Below, one piece after another: positions 52,979 through 64,000 of a DNA stretch of 64,000 nt. The position numbers were made by a program, and so were the translations under genes. The DNA comes from Chrysomallon squamiferum (lineage: Eukaryota > Animalia > Mollusca): contig CM022673.1 in assembly GCA_012295275.1 (NCBI GenBank), positions 22,134,001 to 22,198,000 of the forward strand, read 5' to 3'. Each line of letters starts with the position of its first letter. Position 1 is the stretch's first letter. Under the pieces are notes generated by a model, which ran no database searches, was not told the origin of the DNA, and saw only the letters and a program-made list of their open reading frames with translations.

Positions 52979-55900
52979 TAAAATAAAAAAAATAAATAAA
53001 AAGTTTATCTATATATTTAGTAGTACTTTTTTGTGACAAGCAAACAATCAAACAATCAAACAAAAAAATTGTTAAAACAGAAAGTGAATCAACAAAAACA
53101 GAAGTAAATATTTTTGAATCTGGATTCTGTATGACTACATTCCACAATAAGAAGAGGGTTAGATGTTACTGAAAAATAGCAATTATATGCTTGTTTTGCC
53201 TTAAAACTATTTTATTCATAGTTTTTTTCAAAAATACACAAGTTAATTTTACCAGCAATACAAAGTATCTAAAAATAAGTAAATAAATAAATAAAAATAA
53301 AAATGTGTTCTTAGAGTTTTAATAATATATTCTGCAATGTTTAATTTTAAGTATGTTAAAGAATATATAAATAGAAATGTAAGAGATTATTTGATAGTAA
53401 AAATATTTCAGCAACATAAAACATTAAAATTCTTCAAAATAACCATCAATATAACATTACCCTGACTATTTCTCCAGCTTCCCCAGGTTTTATGTTGTAT
53501 GCAGTTGAAGACAAAACTTTCTGAGGGAAACTGCAAACCATTTTAAACATAGTCTGAAAAACAAAATTAATTATTAAAAAAAATATCTGTTATGTATGCA
53601 ATCATATATGACATTTCACTTGACCTGAACTGATTTAACATTAAGATAACTAGTTTGGGTGAATCGGCCATGTTATTACAATATCTGTCTTTCTTTTAAA
53701 AGGAAAAAAAAGAAAGGACAAACATTCTATACAGTTATTAACATGTATTAAATAATCACAGAACAAGCACTATGTAACTTAACTTACAAATTTCATCTTA
53801 ACAGGAATACAAAAAAAATCTGTATTTAAAAGTGAAACATAAATGAGTAACTTTATTTCATCCTCACCAAAACTGATTGATCAGAAAGTCTCTCACTGAG
53901 TATTATTTTCTGAAAGTGGCTCAAGAATGTTGAGAAAGCTCCTCCATTTTCAGATTTGGTTGTTGTGGTGAGTGCTGTTTTCATATGGAACGTCAAACTT
54001 TGCCAGATATTCATAACAAGAACACTGGGGATGTCTGCCCCTGGACTGCAGATCAGTTGTGTTGCAGAAGTGATGAGAAGTGTTGAGTGTTTCAGAAACA
54101 TGACAGGTCCAGTTATCATTTCAACTGATAATTCATCTATGTTGTGAAAAAAAAAATTATATTGTTTTTATTTTTAATTTTAATGCTTAAAAAGCAAGAC
54201 CATTTTCTGGTGTTATTGTTTGACAGAATTTTTGGAAACAAAAAAAAAGTATCTCACAGTGAAAGTAGGCGATATCCTTTTATTTTTAAATACATCCTTG
54301 AGCTGTATTACTTTCATGATATATGCAATCAACAAATAAATGTAAAATTCCTGATTTTAAGTTTAGCCTTTAAACTAATCAGATATTGTATTTATTACTA
54401 TTTTGATATAATATGTAAGTGACGACATTTTGGCACTGTAAGATCCTGATCTCAAGCCAACCTTGATAGTGCTCGATATAAATCTACATTAATATATTGG
54501 CACAAACAAGGTTTTACTTGTATTTTACAAGGTGTATTTACCTATTGTAAACAGTGGCAAAGGAAGTTCTGAGACATTTTTTCGCGAGGCTAAGATGCAA
54601 GCCAGTGCTTCACAACCTTTCTTCTCTAAAGCTGTAAATGTAGATGATATGTTTCCAAGATTTGATGTCTTCTTTGGTCCTTAAAAGGAAGGAATAAGTG
54701 AATAAAGAAATAATAGCACTAATATAAAAAGAAAATGAAACATAAATAAAACAAATTATAATGGCAAGGAGTAAGTAACAGAAAACAGAGGTTATATATA
54801 AAAAAGTGCATTTACTTTCTATAAAAAAAAGTTTTTTGCTTTCGTTTTCTGTTACAGATGATACACACTGATAAGCACAACTTTAAAAAAAAATTGGAGG
54901 CCACTTCAATTGTTATCAGCGGCTCCCAATAGAGAGGGTTATGTCTTTATTCCAATAAACTATTCTGAAAGATGTCTTTGATACTCTGGAAAAAATACGA
55001 TCATTTTCACTGTCATTTAATAGAGAGTAGTCACTAATTAATTCTTCTAAAAGATTTTCAGTTACTAAAGTTTCAATATTTATTACCATTTTAAGTCCCT
55101 CTCTTTGCAAAATGTTTATATCCCAAAATTAGAATGAGACACATTTCCACTTAAAAATGATTAAAGATCATTCAATAAAGCCTAGAATGTCTTTGATATG
55201 AATTTGTAGAAACAACAGTATGACAACAGGGTAGGCCTGTAGGCCTCCCTACAAACTTACCTCCTTGAGAAGTACCAGATGTGGCAGCTATTGTCTGTGT
55301 TTTCAGTTTTATTCCTCCCATACAGAAATTCAATAAAGAGCCCACAACCTGCAGATACAGATATTTAAACATTAATAAAATACTACCAACAAAACAAGAT
55401 AATGAACAGTATATTTTTTTCATCCAGACTTTTACTGAATGTGCTAATATTCAATAAAATAATATTGCTTCAGCTATCATTACTACAACATATTTAATTA
55501 TTATAAATAGCACAATGTAAAAATGTTGTAAACAAAGTACTTGTTCAAAATACGCTGATGACTTGGCTCCAAGCAGTTTGATGAAGTGCCACCATGTATC
55601 AAATTGAGCCAGAGCTACCTGTTCTTTCTTGTAATTGTTTAGTTTTAACACCTGCATGATCAGTTTAATTCTCTTCACATCACTCAACACACCTGAAAAT
55701 ATGTAAATATAATAAAACTAAAATTTTATGAGCTTAAACATAAAATTGTGTTCTTACGGGAAAATTACATGTGTATGTACTTGTATGTATATGATTTTCT
55801 TATTCATAGAAATAAAAACAAAACAAACAAAATATTTCTATTTCTGTTTTTATTAGATTTTATTTTCAGCAAATACAGATAACCAAAAATAAATAAAGAA

Positions 55901-58900
55901 TCATTTGAAAGGAAATAAACATGTCAAGAAGCAGGTGGAAGTTTTTACTTTTTAAAACTGTAGACAGTGTTTCATAATACACCCAGGGTAAATTCCTTTA
56001 TAGAATTCACAATTAAACTAAACAGTTAACACAAACAAGCTAGTTCTTACTAGGATTTGTAGCAAAGTTGTCAATCAGTGTCCTCCATGCGTCGAACGCT
56101 GCAATCTTCACTTCTGTCACAGAATGTTTGAAACCAAGTTCTGCTACAGACAACAGGGGGTTGATAAGTGATACTCCAGAATGTAACTCCTGTCAGAATG
56201 AAAATTAGTAATAAATTAAATATTCCTAATGGAATATTATCAGAAATTTCCTTTAATAACAACCAAATAAATATATTCCATGATAAATTCCTTGGTCAAA
56301 TGAAAATTAAACTACTTGTGATTTATTAATTCTTCTTTAAGGCTTATTAAAAATGACCAAAAACAAAAACTGATCCATTGTGATCAAAATTTAATAAGGA
56401 TTTTATACTTACACTACCAAACCATGTGACAAAAACTTTCCAAAGACGTAACATCATCAGTTCATTCTTGGCCAGAAACAACCTTTTCATTTCAGGACTT
56501 AATTTCTGAAATTAGTAAATTGATTTATATATTTACTTCAAATAGCAAGTATGTCAAAACGGGACAAAATAATAATAATAAAAAAAACCCCATAATAATA
56601 ATAATAACAAAGTTAAAAAAAAGGACACATTTAAACTAATGGACCATACTGATATTTTTGACAAATTGAAAATAATGATGGAAATTAAAGCTGCTGAATT
56701 AGTCAAGTTATAAAAACAAATGTTTAAATGATTTCTGTTAAACACTCGATGTTTATCATGTTTCATAACTCAAAATAGCTTATTTATCAATTTTCTTATA
56801 ATTAATAAAAATGTTTTTATTTTATTTCTGCTTGAATGAGCTCTTTCCACCATCCAACAAGCAATATTAAAAACAGTTAACAGAAAAATTAAACTCACAG
56901 ATTTAAAGTCTCCAACAAGAGAATGAGCCAGACCTTTAGTTGAAATCAACATTGTGAGGTTGTCTTCAAACAAAGTAATCACTTTTTCTTTCACTCTGAC
57001 AGTGTGATGGACAGACAGTGGCAGTAACAGTTTTACCCACAGTGAGGCATTTTCCTCCATCTGTTTACGTACCTGACTTACTAGTCTGAAATAAAGAAAA
57101 ACTTTCAACTGTATGCAAATATCTTAGGCTGAAAAAAAAAAAAAAAAAAAAAACTTTCAAAATCCGTAACAGTATGAATAAAATACTTTGTCCTTGCAAG
57201 TTATTATTTTATTGTTTAGGTTGACCCTGTAATAAAATAATTTAATAAAGTCTTAAAGTACATGAAGAAAAACCAACAAAACAACCCAGTAATATGTACA
57301 GTAAACATCAAAAATTTAATCTGATATTTTATTCAGCTTAACTTTTACAGAAAACTGAATCACCTCTAAAATTAATTTAAATGTTTCTGGATTTGAAATC
57401 ACAAACTTAATAACAACTACAGCTGTGTCTTTGTATAGTTAGATTACAAAACAACAGTGTGGTGATCCTTCAGCTAACAGTTGTTTTATAGACAGACTTG
57501 TAAAATGGGCTAATTTTTATGTTTTAAACATTTACAATATATAAAATACAAACTAGAATCTGAACTTATTAATTTTCAGAACAAAAGTTATGATAAAGAA
57601 TGAAAACCTGAATTAAATCCAATTTAAAAAATTACATACTTGGTTACTACACAAACAACTTCATGTTCAACAGTGGGGGCCTGGCCTTTCCATTTAGATA
57701 AAGCAACATCACACGAATGTATCAGAGCAGATACCTAAAACATTTAAATTTACAAACTCAAACTGTTACAAAAAATCAATTTTAAAATAATTTTTCAAAT
57801 AAATAAAAATCATTCATATAAAATTACTGTAATTAAAAATGGCCTTTTTTCAGAAAATTAAAAAAGAATATTTCTTTTCACATATTGCTAATAAATTTCA
57901 AAATAATTGACTTGCAAACAATGAAATATGATTTGAAAAAGAAAATATTTTTAATCCAGTAACCATACCTGGTTAGCTACAATATCTGCCAAGAGATTTT
58001 GTTTGCTTACACACCAAAGAGCTCTGGTACAAGTTTTTTTGTCATCTGACTGTTCTATCACAGTAAGCAGGTTTGTCAAAATCGAGGTTGTCTCAGCAAC
58101 AGAAATGAACCTATCAGAACATAAAATAAAAATTTGATTTTCTTTTTTTAAGTTAATCTATACTATAAGCCATAATAATAATACAATTTAAAAACCAAAA
58201 TCTATAATACAGCAAATATAAGAACTCAATTTGATTGAATGATGTCACATAAATGTATTGTAACAAAATTTTCATTAGTTAATTTTAAAATAGTAAGAAA
58301 ATGTTTTTAAAAACTTTCATATAAAAATACTGAAATTAAAACTGGCCTTTTTTTCAGAGGATTTTTTCTTCATAAAATTAAAAAAGAAAATATTTTGATT
58401 TAAGTCTAAATCCTACACAAATACAAAGTTTTATTAAAATTACTGAAAAGTTGCACACAATTTTAGCTTTTCTTACAACAACAAATTTAATTCTCTTTTA
58501 ATCTTTTATTTTAAGTTGTTTTGAACAAGAATTTCAATTTAAATATCGATTTAAACAATGTACTGACTTGGTTGTTTCGGTATCATGCAAACAATAACCC
58601 AGTATTTGCAATGCATTCTGGGAAATGACATGAGATTCATGTAAAATGTCTTTTTTAATCTGAGCCAGAAGACGATCAGCATTGTTTGCAATGTCAAGAT
58701 GGATGAAACTCAATTCATCTTGCTTAAAATGACTGAAAAAAATCATATTTTTAAGGAGCAATTTCAAAGCATCAGTATATATATATATATAGTCAAATAA
58801 AAAGAACTTGTTTGTTGCAGATCTATGTGATCTACAAAATCTTTTTTAATCTTGTAACATCTGGAACTTAGAAAATGCAATAATCAAACAAATGTATTAA

Positions 58901-59294
58901 TTAAAACACAGTTTATTGTATGTCTATGAGAAAGTTATTTCCTTTGAGCAACTGTTTACCATCTGCCCAAAGAGAGTGAAACTATTTCAATTACTAATTA
59001 GTACCAATGGGCCTATATATAAAAAAATACTCTAAACTAAACAATATTTTCATCAGTTTTATTTTCCATGTGAAACAATAGCAAACAGCATTTTATATTT
59101 ATTTTTTATTTATTATTTTGTTGTGGTTTTTTTTGGTGTATGGATAAATACTAACATCTGTTAAATTCATATCAATTTGAGAAAACATTTGAATACCTGC
59201 AGAGTTCTGTGTAAGCTTCAGCCTTGTCACTCACACTACACGTCTTTGATGCAAGTGTTGACAAAACACTGGACAGCTTTATTTCACCCACCAT
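37350..59294 (-). CDS. RIF1: Telomere-associated protein / replication timing regulatory factor RIF1; about 29 coding exons, including one of ~4.2 kb (44398-40153)
   Basis: N-terminal HEAT-region exons (KAEAYTELC, QNALQILGYCL, DKKTCTRALWCVSKQ, GTPALF, TNEVNQGDCLEYNF, KTWSELYRSFARMAALV, QTMLLWNATF). A long Ser/Glu/Lys-rich disordered exon. PP1-docking motifs SILK, GILK and RRVSFAEP. C-terminal PQLTSSMWSRGLVQLVKARNINTVGDLCSLSELEIHNLPIRSPKV, which is characteristic of metazoan RIF1. Start MVGEIKL at 59294. Confidence 0.93.
46160..47010 (+). mobile_element. Fossil DNA transposase (CGGBP1-related, hAT-like) in a RIF1 intron, antisense to the host gene
   Basis: DDFVLDYMKMC...RSFFQKHYKQAGAMPETSTL resembles the CGGBP1-type segment DFVKMC...AFLSRHVKNGGSIP. 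PITSVDIETSFFQYKHLLNDRRESL resembles the hAT C-terminal dimerisation motif (P-x-TS-x-DVERSFS). The fragments are broken by stops and frameshifts. Confidence 0.65.
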
Positions 59295-60326
59295 CTTCAG
59301 ACTTCTCTACAAATTCAACATCTGAAAAACAAGTAAAAATAAAAACAAAAACTTTAGATCTGCTTTATACATCATCAGATATAGTGTATTTACAAACAAA
59401 CCAAATAATATCCAAAGAAAATCAGAAATTCAATCAGTTGATCTAAAGTGATCTTTTATTGGCATAATCAATATAAACATTTTTTTTTTAAATATTTCAA
59501 TTTCCCTTCTTAGATACACAATTTTAATTTTATTTTTTATATTGATTTACATTGATTTTACATTTATTCAGCTAATGGTAAAATATTTTGATGACAAAGA
59601 TTTCTGAATAGTAAAATCCAAAAATGTTTTAGCTTCAAAACTAAATAAAAATGTATATTCTCATATTCCAAATCTGTTATGTGATTGTCATCAAAACAAC
59701 AAAAACTCTGCCACACCAACACCCGCCCCATTTAAAAAAGAAGTTTTTATTTTATTATTTTTTTAAAGAAATAAGATCAACAAGAAAAAGAAATAGAAAT
59801 GTACCCATGACAGTAGGGCCTGTCAGTTTGCATGAGTTACTGACAAAATTATTTATGCTAATTTCTAAGAATATTTAACTGGTATTTTACTAGTAGAACT
59901 AAGACTGTGAATCTTTCATTTTCTGATTTTTACACACCTGCACAGTTTAACTTTTTTATTTCTCAATTATTTTAAACACCTGCATAAAATTATCAATTAT
60001 TTCTTGGTATCATTGTGACAAGATGCAATTCAATACATATAATGTACGGTAGGTAAAATATTCCACTTATTTTTATTATGTTAAGATTAACAAGAGCAAA
60101 ACATTTTTAAATCTGGAAAACTATTAGTATTACTATAAATATTACTATGTACTAGTATTACTATTAGGGATAGCTAAAAAAATATGTATATTTTTATGAA
60201 AGAACAAAGAACAGACGACTAAAACACAATTTAGAAACTACAGGCTAATCTCTGAAACTATTTAGTATCACTTATAAATAGTGTGATTATTAAGAAATAA
60301 TCCTAGAATTAGTACTAAAATCTTAC

Positions 60327-60400
60327 AAGTTATTACATCAAACACAATCCGCCATCATCAGCAACTTTCGCGGGAAATTGTCGTCCGACAACAGGAAGTG
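60327..60400 (-). promoter_or_regulatory. RIF1 promoter and non-coding first exon
   Basis: CpG-richer patch containing overlapping E2F-type sites TTTCGCGGGAAA (60366-60377), an ETS-type CAGGAAGTG (60392-60400) and a YY1-type ATGGCGG, followed by the donor TT|gtaaga at 60326. Confidence 0.6.
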
Positions 60401-60868
60401 GAAAAAGATTGGTCGAAATAGCCTTTTCGCAACACAGCACAAATAACAGTCTCTCATTTGTTAATGCAGTGAAAATTGTTTCCTTTGAGCATATTCAGAA
60501 GCTTGCGTTGTATTTTAATAATATATGACATAATGCGCATGAACTCAGTGCCAGTCAATTAATTTGAGCGACTTCTAATGATAATAAAAAAAAATGAAAC
60601 AACGCATATTGCCATAGTCTTTTTTTCTTCCTTTTATTATTATTATTTTATATAAAAACATCTTTTTTTTTTTTTTATTTATTTTTTTTTTTTCATTTTG
60701 TGTAAATAAAATTAAATAAACAAATAAATAAATAAATAAATAATAATAAACAATCAAACCAACAACTTAAAGTAAACAAAGTTTATCGAAAATATTTATT
60801 TGATGATGATGATGTTAAATGGTGATTATGAAATAGGTCTAAACACAAACGACTATTCACCCAGAGAT

Positions 60869-60916
<48 letters not shown>

Positions 60917-61371
60917 ATGCCATAAGAAAATTTAAAAATATACTATAAAACAGAAACACATTTATGTTCAAATAGTTGTATTTCTTCAAAAATAACAATG
61001 TTCTATTTCTAATACTGATTTTTAAATTTTGTTATTTATTATTTTTTTGTTTTCACGCGACCTTATCCAAATAAAAGTGTTAATAATAAAAACATCATAT
61101 TTTTAAAAATTTTGTCATTAAAAAAACTTCCACCAAACATGTCTTTTGTTTCTGAACAACGATTGGTTGAACTGACAAAAAAAAAAAAAAAAAAAAACGT
61201 TATTTGTCAGTATTAATTAAACTTTTTCCCTTTCTCGATCCTGTCTTGGTAAATGGGCTATAAAATATATGGCTAATTCTGTTTAATAATGAGAATAACA
61301 AATTTAAAACAAAAACAAACAAAAAACAAATCCACACCAAAAAACCCATAAAAAAATAATAATAATAAAAA

Positions 61372-61405
<34 letters not shown>

Positions 61406-62543
61406 TAAAAACTACTATAGTATACTTACATTTATTTATTTATTTTATTATTGTTGTTGTTGTTGTTTGTTATTATTATTATTATTATTATTATATTTTT
61501 TTTATTCGAAATTACGATGACTGACTCAAATTTATTAATATAAATTTGTAACTCTTGTGATTCATCACTTATATGTAGATGAACATGGCTATTCTTTGTA
61601 AACCTTATTTGTATTTTCACTTTATTATAACTGTCATTCTGAGCTAACAATCAATTAAAAAAAAGTGATGTTATACTTCCTTACTTAACTATGTAAGCGG
61701 ACACGTTAAAGATTATTACGTTTTGCTTAAACGTTTCCATAATTCATTTACCAATTTCGACAAAACAAAGTTAAAAAAAAACAATAATAATAAAAAAAAC
61801 CTACATTATTACACTGTTTTTCGTAAAGAACAATAACAATAATATACATAAATAAATAAATAAAAGAAAAAACAAAATTTAAATTTTATCGTTAAATTAT
61901 TGATTTTGTACGTAATTTATTTTTCGGTTATTTATAAATGTTACTCGACTGTCCTAAGTTTAAAAAGTTTTACTAATTTATTGTTACTATTGCTGCTGCT
62001 ACTTATGTCTCGGTATATTAATCATTTTAAAATTAATAAAAAACATATATGCACAGTTCTAATTAATATTTTGTTTAACGATATATCAAAGAAATATCAA
62101 TAGATAATTAGAGAATTATCGTTTTCTGTACCCTTACGTAACTGCAGTGTGCTAAACATAAATTATGGATTTAGTAAATTTATTTAGACAAGCTCTACTT
62201 CAGAATATAGATATAAACGTACTGAATACAGAGTAATCTACATTTATTTACACTCTATGGAATTATTATTTCAGTCATGAAATTAACAAGTATTAAAATA
62301 CTTCTATTATACATCATTATAAACCAGTACAGGATTTTTTTTCCCTTTTTGTCGAGAAAAAGTACTTAAAAAAAAAAAAATAATAATAATAATAATAAAC
62401 AGCAAAAACAAAACCAGAGTATATTTTACAGCTAGTCATTCGGAACACGAGTACATAAAAATCGAAAAAAATTAATTAAATAAAGGGTATTTTACAGTAT
62501 ATATTTACAAATGACGACAATAATATGAATAATTACTCGTCTT

Positions 62544-62574
<31 letters not shown>

Positions 62575-62757
62575 TTACTATTATTTATTTATTTATTATG
62601 CTTTTCATGCTTTTATTAATTATGCTTTTTATATATAGTGTTTTATTATAACAGTATTACGTATTTTTAACATACTGGCTCCTTACTAGCAAAACTAACA
62701 CTAAAACTATAAAAATAATTCTACACAGTAATAATTAAGTATAAAAATAACAATACT

Positions 62758-64000
62758 CTTACTATTTCGTGTACTACTGTTAATATTTCTATTTAGTGTA
62801 CTACTGTTAAAATGTCTATTTCGTGTACTACTGTTAATATTTCTGTTTCGTGTACTACTGTTAATATTACTATTTCGTGTACTACTGTTAATATTACTAT
62901 TTCGTGTACTACTGTTAATATTACTATTTAGTGTACTACTGTTAATATTACTATTTCGTGTACTACTGTTAATATTTCTGTTTCGTGTACTACTGTTAAT
63001 ATTACTATTTCGTGTACTACTGTTAATATTACTATTTAGTGTACTACTGTTAATATTACTATTTCGTGTACTACTGTTAATATTTCTGTTTAGTGTACTA
63101 CTGTTAATATTACTATTTCGTGTGCTACTGTTAATATTACTATTTCGTGTACTACTGTTAATATTTCTATTTAGTGTACTACTGTTAATATTTCTGTTTC
63201 GTGTACTACTATTAATATTACTATTTCGTGTACTACTGTTAATATTTCTATTTAGTCTACTACTGTTAAAATTTCTAGTTAGTCTACTACTGTTAATATT
63301 TCTGTTTCGAGTACTACTGTTAATATTTCTGTTTCGTGTACTACTGTTAATATTTCTACTTAGTCTACTACTGTTAATATTTCTGTTTCATGTACTACTG
63401 TTAATATTTCTATTTAGTGTACTACTGTTAATATTTCTGTTTCGTGTACTACTGTTAATATTTCTATTTAGTCTACTACTGTTAATATTTCTATTTAGTC
63501 TACTACTGTTAAAATTTCTAGTTAGTCTACTACTGTTAATATTTCTGTTTCGAGTACTACTGTTAATATTTCTATTTAGTGTACTACTGTTAAAATTTCT
63601 ATTTCGTCTACTACTGTTAATATTTCTGTTTCGTGTACTACTGTTAATATTTCTATTTAGTCTACTACTGTTAATATTTCTACTTAGTCTACTACTGTTA
63701 ATATTTCTATTTAGTGTACTACTGTTAATATTTCTGTTTCGTGTACTACTGTTAATATTTCTATTTAGTCTACTACTGTTAATATTTCTATTTAGTCTAC
63801 TACTGTTAATATTTCTATTTCGTGTACTGCTGTTAATATTTCCGTTTCGTGTACTACTGTTAATATTTCTATTTAGTCTACTACTGTTAATATTTCTACT
63901 TAGTCTACTACTGTTAATATTTCTATTTCGTGTACTACTGTTAATATTTCCGTTTCGTGTACTACTGTTAATATTTCTATTTAGTCTACTACTGTTAATA
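62758..64000. repeat. 27-bp minisatellite (TGTACTACTGTTAATATTTCTATTTAG and variants), about 46 copies, runs off the window end
   Basis: GTACTACTGT recurs with 27-bp period (62771, 62798, ...). There are no unique spacers. Confidence 0.95.

Noticed and set aside
62758-64000. 27-bp array as a CRISPR array or as a coding NINSSTRNR repeat
   Set aside because: Units are head-to-tail with no unique spacers, no cas genes are present and the context is eukaryotic. The minus-strand NINSS frame is broken by TGA at 63390-63388.

Overview
AT-rich, microsatellite-dense eukaryotic DNA with many GT-AG introns. It looks invertebrate and possibly mollusc-like, but the species cannot be determined from sequence alone. 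Two conserved multi-exon genes lie on the minus strand: a 10-exon membrane dipeptidase (peptidase M19, 9418-1954) and RIF1 (59294-37350). Between them (about 10.7-35.8 kb) is a tandem cluster of small spliced genes that the ORF track mostly misses: six apparently intact genes, one frameshifted pseudogene and one inverted orphan copy. They encode secreted 49-69 aa precursors with a signal peptide and a Cys/His-rich head (consensus H-C-G-S-K-C-C-C-H-x-H-H-S-S-S). Most also carry a V/I-K-H-K segment, a Gly-aromatic tail (GFGLGLAG) and a C-terminal Gly-Lys/Arg amidation-type signal. The intact genes share a 3-exon layout, and four loci share a proximal promoter module. I do not recognise this peptide family. 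The window also holds one intact and two decayed tRNA-Phe copies, a degenerate LINE, a CGGBP-like transposase fossil in a RIF1 intron, a 155-bp foldback palindrome and several mini- and microsatellites. All exon models were read by eye and need RNA-seq confirmation.
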